From contig NZ_SNWR01000001.1 of NCBI RefSeq assembly GCF_004362215.1, positions 2,255,944 to 2,319,943 on the forward strand: a DNA stretch of 64,000 nucleotides. Direction: 5' to 3'. The notes under the pieces were generated by a model, which worked only from the letters and a program-made list of their open reading frames with translations, ran no database searches and was not told the DNA's origin. The position numbers were made by a program, and so were the translations under genes. How positions within the stretch are numbered: the stretch's first letter is position 1; the number at the start of each line of letters is the position of its first letter. Shown here one piece after another: positions 18,506-26,194 of the stretch. The stretch is from Paractinoplanes brasiliensis (lineage in GTDB: Bacteria > Actinomycetota > Actinomycetes > Mycobacteriales > Micromonosporaceae).

Positions 18506-19879
18506 TCAAGCCGCCAGCCGGGTGGCGGTGGGCGCGGCCACCAGACGCACGCCGGCGAAGGCGACGATGCCCAGCAACACGCCCAGGGCCGCCAGCAGGA
18601 ACCGCTCGGCGTCGGCGGCGAACCCGTCGGGCAGCACCACCAGCACCAGCACCGCGCACGCGGCGGCCAGCAGACGACGGACCCAGCGCTGCCCGGCCGC
18701 GGCGGCCAGTGGCACCAGCCCCCAGATCACATACCAGGGGCGCAGCGCCGGGCCGAACACGACCACCGCGACCAGCACGATGCCCAGGCCGTAGAGCGGG
18801 CCGAGCCGGCCGAGGCAGGTCCACACCAGACCGGCGACGATCAAGGTGGCGAGCACACCGAGCCAGCGCCACAGGTTCACCACGAACACGTCGCCGACAC
18901 CGTCGTCGCGCAGGATCCCGGCGGTCCAGCGGCCGAGCACGTTGGTCAGCGACAGGTTCCCGGGGGAGATCGGGGTGTCGAGGGCGGAGATCCAGCCGTA
19001 CCCGGTGCCCGCGATCAGCGTGAGGGCAGCGGTCACCGCGGCCGCCGTCGCCCCCACCACGGCCGAGGCCCGCAGCCGCGGGAACCGGCCGGGCAGTTGT
19101 GCCGCCCAGATCACCGCAACCGCCACCAGCCCGAGCGCGGCGGGGGCCTTGACAAGCGTGGCCCCCACGACCAGCCCGGTGGCGACGATCGGCCGACGGC
19201 GGATCGCGGCGGCCAGACCGGCGGCGAGCAGCCCAACCATCAGCGCGTCGTTGTGCGCCCCGCCGACGAAGTGGATCAGCACGAGCGGGTTGAGCACGGT
19301 CAGCCACAACGCCGAGGCCGGCGTGATCCCGGCCTCCCGGGCCAGGATCGGCATCATGTACGCGAGCAGCGCCAGACCCGCCACGGCCAGCAGCCGCATC
19401 ATGATCACGCCGGTCAGCAGGTGCTCGCCGATCGATGCGGTCAGCAGGTTCGCCAGAAGAAGGAACACCGGCCCGTACGGGCTGGGGGTGTGCTGCCAGA
19501 TCTCGGGCACCTGCGCGGCGAAGAACCCACCGAGCGCCGACGGCCCGGCCCGATAGACGTCGTAGCCGTCGCCGAGCATCACGCCCTGGGCGATGTAGCT
19601 GTAGACGTCCCGGCTGAACAGGGGCGGCGCGACCAGCAGCGGAGCCGCCCACAGGGCGAGGGTCGGCCACTCGTTGCGTGCGGGACTGTTCCTGGTTGCC
19701 CGGCCGTACCACCACCAGGCCAGAAGCAGCAGGGCCAGCCCGCTGTAGACGCCGACCAGCCCGATCCGCACGTGCTTGAGGCCCGCGAAGAACGGAATCC
19801 CGATCGGCAGCGCCCCCGCGCCGAGGCCGCCGAGCGCCACCAGGCAGGATCCGGCCAACCCCGTGACCCGCGCCGGCAT
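18506..19879 (-). CDS. GT-C family alpha-(1->6)-mannosyltransferase-like membrane protein (MptB-like)
   Basis: Polytopic membrane protein with the first periplasmic loop motif FSRDVYSYIAQG (DxYxY). Its stop lies 2 nt before the start of the downstream GT-C gene. Confidence 0.6.
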   Translation of the reverse strand: MPARVTGLAGSCLVALGGLGAGALPIGIPFFAGLKHVRIGLVGVYSGLALLLLAWWWYGRATRNSPARNEWPTLALWAAPLLVAPPLFSRDVYSYIAQGVMLGDGYDVYRAGPSALGGFFAAQVPEIWQHTPSPYGPVFLLLANLLTASIGEHLLTGVIMMRLLAVAGLALLAYMMPILAREAGITPASALWLTVLNPLVLIHFVGGAHNDALMVGLLAAGLAAAIRRRPIVATGLVVGATLVKAPAALGLVAVAVIWAAQLPGRFPRLRASAVVGATAAAVTAALTLIAGTGYGWISALDTPISPGNLSLTNVLGRWTAGILRDDGVGDVFVVNLWRWLGVLATLIVAGLVWTCLGRLGPLYGLGIVLVAVVVFGPALRPWYVIWGLVPLAAAAGQRWVRRLLAAACAVLVLVVLPDGFAADAERFLLAALGVLLGIVAFAGVRLVAAPTATRLAA

Positions 19880-20481
19880 GGCATGATCTCTGAGCACGGC
19901 AGCACCATTTCAATGAAGGGTGTCGCCGCGGGGACAGGATGCCGTCCCCCACATGACGGGCCGATGGCAGGGCAGCCGCCACCCGTGTCCGGTTCCGGTC
20001 CGAGGCCCCGATCATGCCGACCTCACCGCCGCCGACAACAAACTGATGGGCCTCGACCGCACTATCCGCAACCGTCCCGCTGTTCGCCTTCCCGCGTGAA
20101 CTACTCGTTGCGGTGTGACCCAGCGCCTCCGTCCGGGTCGCCGCCATCGAGCGCTCCCGTATGGCCCGCGACGTGGTCCGGGTGGGCCTCGCTGCGGATG
20201 GCAACAGCCGGCTCGACAACGCCCGCGGGCTTTCACCCATTCGGTTGAAACCCCTATCGGGTACTCCTTGGCCGCAGACGAACCGCGGAGGGAAGTACTG
20301 GCGGTCCGGCACGTCTTCCTTGCGCCAAAGTTCCTGGGAGTTACGGCGAAGCGCCCATCCGATGGGCATCCCGTGACGTATACAGGTTGCACGGCGTTAC
20401 GTCGACGTGATCTCCGCCCGGGAGGATGCACTCCGCTGAGGTCCCAGCCATGTCCCCATGACCTGAAGCGCGAGGCTGCCC

Positions 20482-21762
20482 GTGCTCGTAACCGAAAGTT
20501 TGCCGACCGCTGCCGGCACAGGCGGAGGCATCGACGCACCGTTACGGGCTCGCCTCGCAGCGACTATCCGGTTACGCACAGAGAGCTTTGGTTCGATCGC
20601 CTACGTGCCCGAAAGAGACCATTTCTACGCGCTCGACCGGGAGTACGGGTCGGCACTCCAAAGGTTAGCCACGGGAGAGGCACGCCCGGTTCGTCCCGCC
20701 CACCGCGAAATGGTGACCGCGATGGCGGAGGCCGGCATCTGCGAGACCGAGCCGCCGACTCCGCAACGAGCCTTCTACGGCCGTTCCCTGCTCGGCGCCT
20801 TTCCCGGCGGCATTCCGTCGATCAAGGCTCCCATGGTGGTCAACTGCTTCACCACGGCACAGTGTCCATTACGCTGCACATATTGCCACGCCGACGATCT
20901 CATGAAGTCCTATCGTGAGGACGAGAACTCGGATTGGATTGACGAGGTCATCCGGGTCGCGGCGGCTACGCCGGCCATGGTCGGGGTCGTGACCGGCGGC
21001 GAGCCGCTGGCCAGCCCGGGGAACGCCAAGCGCTTGCTCACCGCGCTGGCCAGGGATAAGGCGGTAGTGCTGGACACGTCCGGCGTGGGCGACTTCGGCA
21101 GTCTGGTGCCGGCGCTGCGGCATAACAACGCCCATGTGCGTTTCTCGCTCGACAGCGCGCACCCCTCGATCAACGATCGACTTCGCCCGATCAATCGGCG
21201 GCAGGTCCCCTTGGGCACCAGTTCGTTCCGAAAAGCGATCGAGGGCGTTCGGCTGGCCGTGAGCGAAGGAGTGGCCTGCAGCGTGCAGACCGTCGTGACG
21301 GCACGAAACTCGGATTCCGCCAGCCTCACGGAGCTGCGCGACATGCTTCTCGAGGCCGGGGTGCGCACCTGGGCATTGCACATCGTCGTGCCGGCCGGTA
21401 AGGCCGCTCAGCGACCCAAGGGGCTGTTGATCGGCGACGACGGGGTGGCCACACTTACCCGCCTGGTCGCCGACACCGCGTCTCAGCGCCTGCCCATCGA
21501 CATTCGCGTGACCAGCACCCACCGTCAACCGAATTCGACGCTTCTGATCAGCGCCAAGGGGGAGCTGGCGATCCAGCGCCGAGATGGCGCCGGCAAGAAG
21601 ATCCTCCGGGTGGGCCGGGTGATGGCCCGTCGGCGTCTGCTGCGGCAGTTCCGGCGACACGTCGACACCGCCGGACACGCCAGCCGCTATCTGAACGGCA
21701 CGCTGGATCTCTATCCGAAGTACGTAACCGCCGGACTGCCGGCTATTACCGTCGCTGTTTGA
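20482..21762 (+). CDS. radical SAM enzyme with an N-terminal roughly 120-aa extension (possible PqqD-like RRE); no SPASM domain
   Basis: CPLRCTYCH (CxxxCxxC) and GGEP motif VTGGEPL. The N-terminal region FGSIAYVPERDHFYALDREYGSALQRLATGE is reminiscent of RiPP recognition elements. No additional Cys cluster at the C-terminus. Confidence 0.7.
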   Translation: MLVTESLPTAAGTGGGIDAPLRARLAATIRLRTESFGSIAYVPERDHFYALDREYGSALQRLATGEARPVRPAHREMVTAMAEAGICETEPPTPQRAFYGRSLLGAFPGGIPSIKAPMVVNCFTTAQCPLRCTYCHADDLMKSYREDENSDWIDEVIRVAAATPAMVGVVTGGEPLASPGNAKRLLTALARDKAVVLDTSGVGDFGSLVPALRHNNAHVRFSLDSAHPSINDRLRPINRRQVPLGTSSFRKAIEGVRLAVSEGVACSVQTVVTARNSDSASLTELRDMLLEAGVRTWALHIVVPAGKAAQRPKGLLIGDDGVATLTRLVADTASQRLPIDIRVTSTHRQPNSTLLISAKGELAIQRRDGAGKKILRVGRVMARRRLLRQFRRHVDTAGHASRYLNGTLDLYPKYVTAGLPAITVAV

Positions 21763-22144
21763 GCCACTGGCTCGCGGCTTCGGCCACCATCACGCCGATC
21801 GCCTCATCGTCGCCCTTGTCGCGAATCACGCGGGCGGGAATGTCACCGGCGGCGCCCACCTCACGCAGCCACGGCTCGGCCAGGGCCAAACGGTTCTCGG
21901 CGCGGAAGACGGCGATGACTCGCCTGGCCGCCGCGAGGCGCGACGCTACGTCCCGGCGCTTCTCACTGTCCTCGGAGAGCCAGTGCCGGTATTCGCCGAG
22001 CGAGTTGGCACCGGCCAGATAAGCGACGAGGGCGAGGTCGAGGACCGCCGCGCACACCTTGGCGTCACGTGACAGATCCAGCACCGGTCCTTCGACGGCG
22101 GATGCGCTTGCGGCCATGACTCGAAGGTAGTGGGCGGAGAGCAA
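21746..22144 (-). CDS. hypothetical helical protein, last gene of the EACC1-caspase-SIR2 operon
   Basis: Co-directional and 27 nt downstream of the SIR2-like gene; coding-like composition; no recognisable motif. Confidence 0.4.
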   Translation of the reverse strand: MLSAHYLRVMAASASAVEGPVLDLSRDAKVCAAVLDLALVAYLAGANSLGEYRHWLSEDSEKRRDVASRLAAARRVIAVFRAENRLALAEPWLREVGAAGDIPARVIRDKGDDEAIGVMVAEAASQWLKQRR

Positions 22145-22171
22145 GCGCGCAGTGGTCCGGCCGGCCGATTG

Positions 22172-24199
22172 TCACCCGCACGATGCGCCTTTGTACAGGT
22201 CAGTGGCTCGACGTGCCAGCATCTCGAGGGCGTCGCCGCGCTCGGCGAGCGCGGTTGCGAAGGTGGCCCACGAGTCGATCACATAATCGCCGAGCGTAGG
22301 CAGATCCTGGCTGGTGAGGTAGGTCGGAAGCAACACAGCATTCTGGAACAGCCAGTGGATGTAACGGCCTTCATCCTCCCAGTAAGCCAAATCGTGGACC
22401 TGGTTCAGATGATCGCGTAACTCCGCCAGCGAGTCCCAGCGCACCATCCCCGACTCATGGGACAAGCTCTTGATACGTGGGTTGTAGAGCTGGCTGACCC
22501 CCATGCTGTAGAGCTGCCGCCACTGCTCCCAGAACAGGCCCTCGTCCCATCCGCTGAGTGTGATCACCGAGCTGGTCCGGTGCTCGTAGAGCAGTTTATG
22601 GAGATATGCGAAAATCGTCGTCGGCGTGAGCATGCGGTCGGCGTAGTGGCGCTGCAGGTCCTGGACGATCTGCTCAGCCTTCCCGGCGATTTCGTCAAGC
22701 TCGTACAGGGCCAGTTGTGGGACCGCCTTGATCGCGGCGAGCGCCGTGTACAGCGATTCCTGCCGCCCGTAGAACTTCCGGGCCACGCGCCACGGGTCGA
22801 TCGGACGCAAGAGGGCCTCGTCGGCGGGCGGTCCGATCCCGTCGACGAACTCTGCGAGCGATTGCACCCGCACGTCGGCCTCCGGCTCGACGTGACCGAC
22901 CCAGCGACGCAGATCCGCTTCGAAGGAGGGACGTGGGTCGTCGCCGGCGGGGACGCTCAGATCGTCCAGGGCGATGACGATCCGGGCGCCTCTGCTCGCC
23001 AGCGCACCCGCCACGAATCCTTGCACCATGTGGATTACCGACGTGCGGCGGCGCAGCCGAATCGGCCAGTAGACGACCTTTGGCGCACCGTCCGAGGGTC
23101 GGGACTCCGCTGCCCATTCCACCCGCCAGGCGAACCTGCGCTCCAACTCGCGAAGTAGAGCACGCGCGTCCGCCGGAGGCTTACTGTCCGGCTGGGAGAC
23201 GAACAGGCGCTCCCACTTGGGATGACGCACTTGAACGTTCGGCTCGGACGGCACCGCGACCCCGAGCCCATCGGCGAGAGCGGGCAGCAGGCGGGAGTTG
23301 TCAACCGGGAATACATGGCTCAGCTGCGGGCAGTCGGGCAACATCGTAGGCACCGACGTGCTTTGGCCGTGCGAAAACCAGATCACCGGCGCCGGCTCCG
23401 GCATCGCCTCGATTGCCGCCCGGATCGTGCCCGACCGATCACTCGCGCCGAGCACGCACACCAGATCGCCCTCGAGCAGGGGAGCGACCGCCTGACTGAT
23501 CGAGCGCGTGGCGTCCTCGTCGAGAACGTGGCTGAGGTGCGCCGCGGCGGACAGCGGCAGCGAACGCCAGAAGCCGTGCAGGTGATGGACGAGGACCGTG
23601 CCGTCGTCGGGATCGGCATCGTCCTCGCCGGCCAGGCGGGTGTCCGCGCGCCCGCCCGCCCGGCGGATCGCGATCTCCATCAGTGGATCAATGTTCGTCG
23701 TGAGGATACGTCGGCCGAACAACTCGGGGCGTGCGACGAGCAGCGCCCCAAGCGCCCGCACCGACGCCGGCATCCGCCATGACTTGTCGTCGTTCTCCAG
23801 GCTCTCGCCTACCTCGTACGTCATCGGCTGCCAGAACCCGCGGCGGCCCAGCGCCGTGGCGCGCGGGTCCTGCGGCCTGTACTGCAGCAGGACCGCCTGC
23901 TGGGCGATCGCGTCGAACTCGTCCGCCGAGAGCCAGCCGGTCAGTACCCTCCGGTACTCCGGATAGAGCGCGCCGGGCGACCGCCCGGCGCAGTCCTTAC
24001 AAGCCTGATCGAGGGCCCGCTTGAGATCCCCGTCGTCGTTGCGCCCTTCCGCGAAACGGTTCGCCAGCTTGACGAAGTCGGACACCCGGGGAATGTGCTG
24101 ATCGTCGAGTCCTGAGCCGACCACCAGCGTGACGCACTCGCCCCTGTCGTCCATCCTTTGCAGCCGGCTGATCAGGGCGGAGGCGGCCTGCTCTGTCAC
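22172..24199 (-). CDS. SIR2-like domain protein (675 aa) with a large uncharacterised C-terminal domain
   Basis: Rossmann GxG loop VTLVVGSGLD, catalytic motifs TTNID (TTNYD-type Asn) and VHHLHGFW (HG His), and LVCVLGASD. GTG start at 24197-24199 overlaps the caspase gene TGA (GTGA). About 350 aa C-terminal of the SIR2 fold have no recognisable motif. Confidence 0.75.
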   Translation of the reverse strand: MTEQAASALISRLQRMDDRGECVTLVVGSGLDDQHIPRVSDFVKLANRFAEGRNDDGDLKRALDQACKDCAGRSPGALYPEYRRVLTGWLSADEFDAIAQQAVLLQYRPQDPRATALGRRGFWQPMTYEVGESLENDDKSWRMPASVRALGALLVARPELFGRRILTTNIDPLMEIAIRRAGGRADTRLAGEDDADPDDGTVLVHHLHGFWRSLPLSAAAHLSHVLDEDATRSISQAVAPLLEGDLVCVLGASDRSGTIRAAIEAMPEPAPVIWFSHGQSTSVPTMLPDCPQLSHVFPVDNSRLLPALADGLGVAVPSEPNVQVRHPKWERLFVSQPDSKPPADARALLRELERRFAWRVEWAAESRPSDGAPKVVYWPIRLRRRTSVIHMVQGFVAGALASRGARIVIALDDLSVPAGDDPRPSFEADLRRWVGHVEPEADVRVQSLAEFVDGIGPPADEALLRPIDPWRVARKFYGRQESLYTALAAIKAVPQLALYELDEIAGKAEQIVQDLQRHYADRMLTPTTIFAYLHKLLYEHRTSSVITLSGWDEGLFWEQWRQLYSMGVSQLYNPRIKSLSHESGMVRWDSLAELRDHLNQVHDLAYWEDEGRYIHWLFQNAVLLPTYLTSQDLPTLGDYVIDSWATFATALAERGDALEMLARRATDLYKGASCG

Positions 24200-25410
24200 C
24201 CCGCGCTCCTCGTGAACGTCGCGCGGACCGCGGAGACATCGGCCACGCTCAGCTCGCCGTTGTTGATGAGCTGTTCCAGGCCACCGGGCCCCCATCCGAG
24301 ATAGCCGCGGAAGATCCGCATTTCGGCCACGCGTTCGCGCACCTCGGGCTGCGCGTCGCTGAGCTGCAGAGAGCCGAGGTTGTCCCGGATCTCGGTGTAC
24401 CGGATCGGCTTCTCTGCTCCGGACTTGATGCGGACCAGCGCGATGAAGCCGTCCCGGGCAAGCGGACCACCGTCGTACAGTCGCGGCGGCTGCGTGATCT
24501 TCGGTCGCCAGTGCCTCATCGACGGGTCCAGTTCCTCGCCGGGCCGGTTCAGACGTACGCCGATCGCGCCGGTTTCGTCGTGCCGCAGGACGAGCATCCG
24601 GACACCGCGTAGTTCGGGATCGGTGACGCTGTTGTTGGCGTCCAACACACACCCTGTCTTGTGTCGTCGGTTGATCCGGATGTTGCGCGCCAGCGGGATA
24701 CCACCGCCCGAGTTGCTCAGACGCAGCTCCGGCCGCTGGTAACCGCCGTTGGTCAACCGCCCCTCCACCTCGTCGGCGATCGCCTGCAGGGTCAGCACGG
24801 GTGTGCTCAGCGCCGAGCCCGCGGTGAGAATGTCGAGCAGTGCACCGGTGAAGGCAGTGTTGCGATGCCCCGCCGGAGCAGTGGCTGCTTTGTTGGCGCC
24901 GACCGCCGCCCACAGGCACAGGTCCTCAGTGTCGTGGTGTTTGAGCCGGCTAGCGGCATCCGCAGCCGACACCACCTCGCGCCCGCCGCGCCCAGCGAGA
25001 CAACAGTCGATTATGATCACCATGCGCTGAGTGCCGCTCTCCTCAGTGGCCTCTCGCAGCTTGGCGTACGAGACGGTCTTCTCGTCCGGGCGCCGCGGAT
25101 CGGTGCCGGGCAGGGCGAGCATGAGATCGCCGGCGTGGATGAGGCCGTGTCCGGCGTAGTAGTAGAGCAACAGGCCGTCGGACGCGGTGGCGCTTGCCGC
25201 AGTGCGCAAGGCTTCGATGATGGCTTGCGGGTCGGTTTCGTCGGTGAACTCGGTGATGTGCTCAGGCGGCAGCCCCCAGATGTCCGCGTCGGTGAGTGCT
25301 CGACGCAAATCTGTGAGGTTGTCCTGGACCGACGGCAGGCGGTTCAGCTTGTCGAATTTCGATGAGCCGATCAGCACTGCGCGGGAGTTCGTCGGATTCG
25401 CCACGTCCAT
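24196..25410 (-). CDS. caspase-like (peptidase C14/CHAT-type) protease fused to a C-terminal YqgE/AlgH (DUF179) domain
   Basis: Catalytic dyad contexts LLLYYYAGHG (His) and MVIIIDCCLAG (Cys). C-terminal RMLVLRHDETGAIGVRLNRPG...GGPLARDGF...FRGYLGWGPGGLEQLI matches YqgE/AlgH (UPF0301). ATG at 25408-25410. Confidence 0.75.
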   Translation of the reverse strand: MDVANPTNSRAVLIGSSKFDKLNRLPSVQDNLTDLRRALTDADIWGLPPEHITEFTDETDPQAIIEALRTAASATASDGLLLYYYAGHGLIHAGDLMLALPGTDPRRPDEKTVSYAKLREATEESGTQRMVIIIDCCLAGRGGREVVSAADAASRLKHHDTEDLCLWAAVGANKAATAPAGHRNTAFTGALLDILTAGSALSTPVLTLQAIADEVEGRLTNGGYQRPELRLSNSGGGIPLARNIRINRRHKTGCVLDANNSVTDPELRGVRMLVLRHDETGAIGVRLNRPGEELDPSMRHWRPKITQPPRLYDGGPLARDGFIALVRIKSGAEKPIRYTEIRDNLGSLQLSDAQPEVRERVAEMRIFRGYLGWGPGGLEQLINNGELSVADVSAVRATFTRSAG

Positions 25411-25417
25411 CGTGCGG

Positions 25418-25765
25418 TCAGCCGCTCTCCAACCTGCGCGCCATCTCGGCGATGGCGCTGGGGTCCGGATCGGTCGACTCGATCCGCACAACCGTGCCGT
25501 CAGGACGCTCCTGAGTGATGGTGAACGCCGCCGGCGCGGACCGGGTACGGCGCCAGTTGAGGATTTGGACGAGCAGATTGCCGGCGGTCAGAGTGCTGGT
25601 GATGGCAAGCGACAGCACCTGGATGTCGACCCCCTGGTCCTCCGGATCCGCGGACCGGCCGTAGCGTAGATCGCCGTCGCGCTGGACGTCCCGGTCCGCT
25701 GCCAACCACTCGCGCAGGGATTCCGTCTCCTCCGCACTCGCTTCCACTCGGAGTTCTAGTCGCAC
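25418..25765 (-). CDS. EACC1-like small protein (effector-associated constant component)
   Basis: 115 aa. N-terminal helix MRLELRVEASAEETESLREWL, central hydrophobic segment, C-terminal beta-rich AAFTITQERPDGTVVRIES, matching the EACC1 pattern that accompanies caspase or trypsin effectors. GTG start with AGGA 7 nt upstream. Stop is 7 nt before the caspase ATG. Confidence 0.6.
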   Translation of the reverse strand: MRLELRVEASAEETESLREWLAADRDVQRDGDLRYGRSADPEDQGVDIQVLSLAITSTLTAGNLLVQILNWRRTRSAPAAFTITQERPDGTVVRIESTDPDPSAIAEMARRLESG

Positions 25766-25870
25766 ATCTTTGTCCTAGTTCTGAGATCGAGGGGCAGAAA
25801 GAACATATCGAATCGGATACGCGCTGTCACCATTCGTAATCGTCGAGAAACGGCCGATCGGTCTGACCAG
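25766..25870 (-). promoter_or_regulatory. AT-rich putative promoter/leader region of the EACC1 operon
   Basis: A local GC drop in an otherwise roughly 70% GC context directly upstream of the first operon gene, with no ORF. Confidence 0.35.
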
Positions 25871-26174
25871 CGGCTAGTAGTCCCAGCGCAGAAAAGTTCG
25901 GACAAAACGTGGAGGCGTTCCGCGTTCGCCGCCTTCGCACGCCACCGATCCCCAACTCTGGGCGCGGCCGAGCAACACGGACCCGCACGGTCGCGCCACC
26001 GACCCGTAGGCGTTCCCGCGATGTGGTCCTGAGCAGGGGATACATTGGTCGATTCGGGTCTGGGGGACGCGCTGCGTGCAGCGCACCGCGAAGGGGTGGC
26101 GCACAATGACGGCACCACCTTCGGAACCTACGAACGCCTCAGCAGCGACCCCGACTCGAGGACATCGACCACCT

Positions 26175-26194
26175 GACCGCTTGCGCAAGCGGTC
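26175..26194. repeat. perfect 20-bp palindrome GACCGCTTGCGCAAGCGGTC
   Basis: Exact inverted repeat read from the sequence in an apparently non-coding 1-kb region upstream of the EACC1 operon. Confidence 0.6.

Noticed and set aside
20161-20376. 71-aa ORF (and other tiny ORFs) upstream of the radical SAM gene as a candidate RiPP precursor peptide
   Set aside because: No RBS; Arg/Gly-rich low-complexity sequence; no Cys/Ser/Thr-rich core or leader-like features. Composition suggests non-coding.
20482-21762. Radical SAM gene as a prokaryotic viperin (pVip) belonging to the neighbouring defence operon
   Set aside because: The motif context CPLRCTYCH, the 120-aa N-terminal extension, and the absence of viperin C-terminal motifs and of an adjacent nucleotide kinase do not fit pVips. 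It is also on the opposite strand, convergent to the operon.
22172-24919. The long N-terminal extensions of ORF-track calls 22172..24919, 17346..20369, 27239..28690, 52520..54568 and 61..1272
   Set aside because: The upstream in-frame residues are nonsense-like and overlap the upstream genes. Internal ATG/GTG starts with sensible N-termini, RBSs, or start/stop overlaps were chosen instead.
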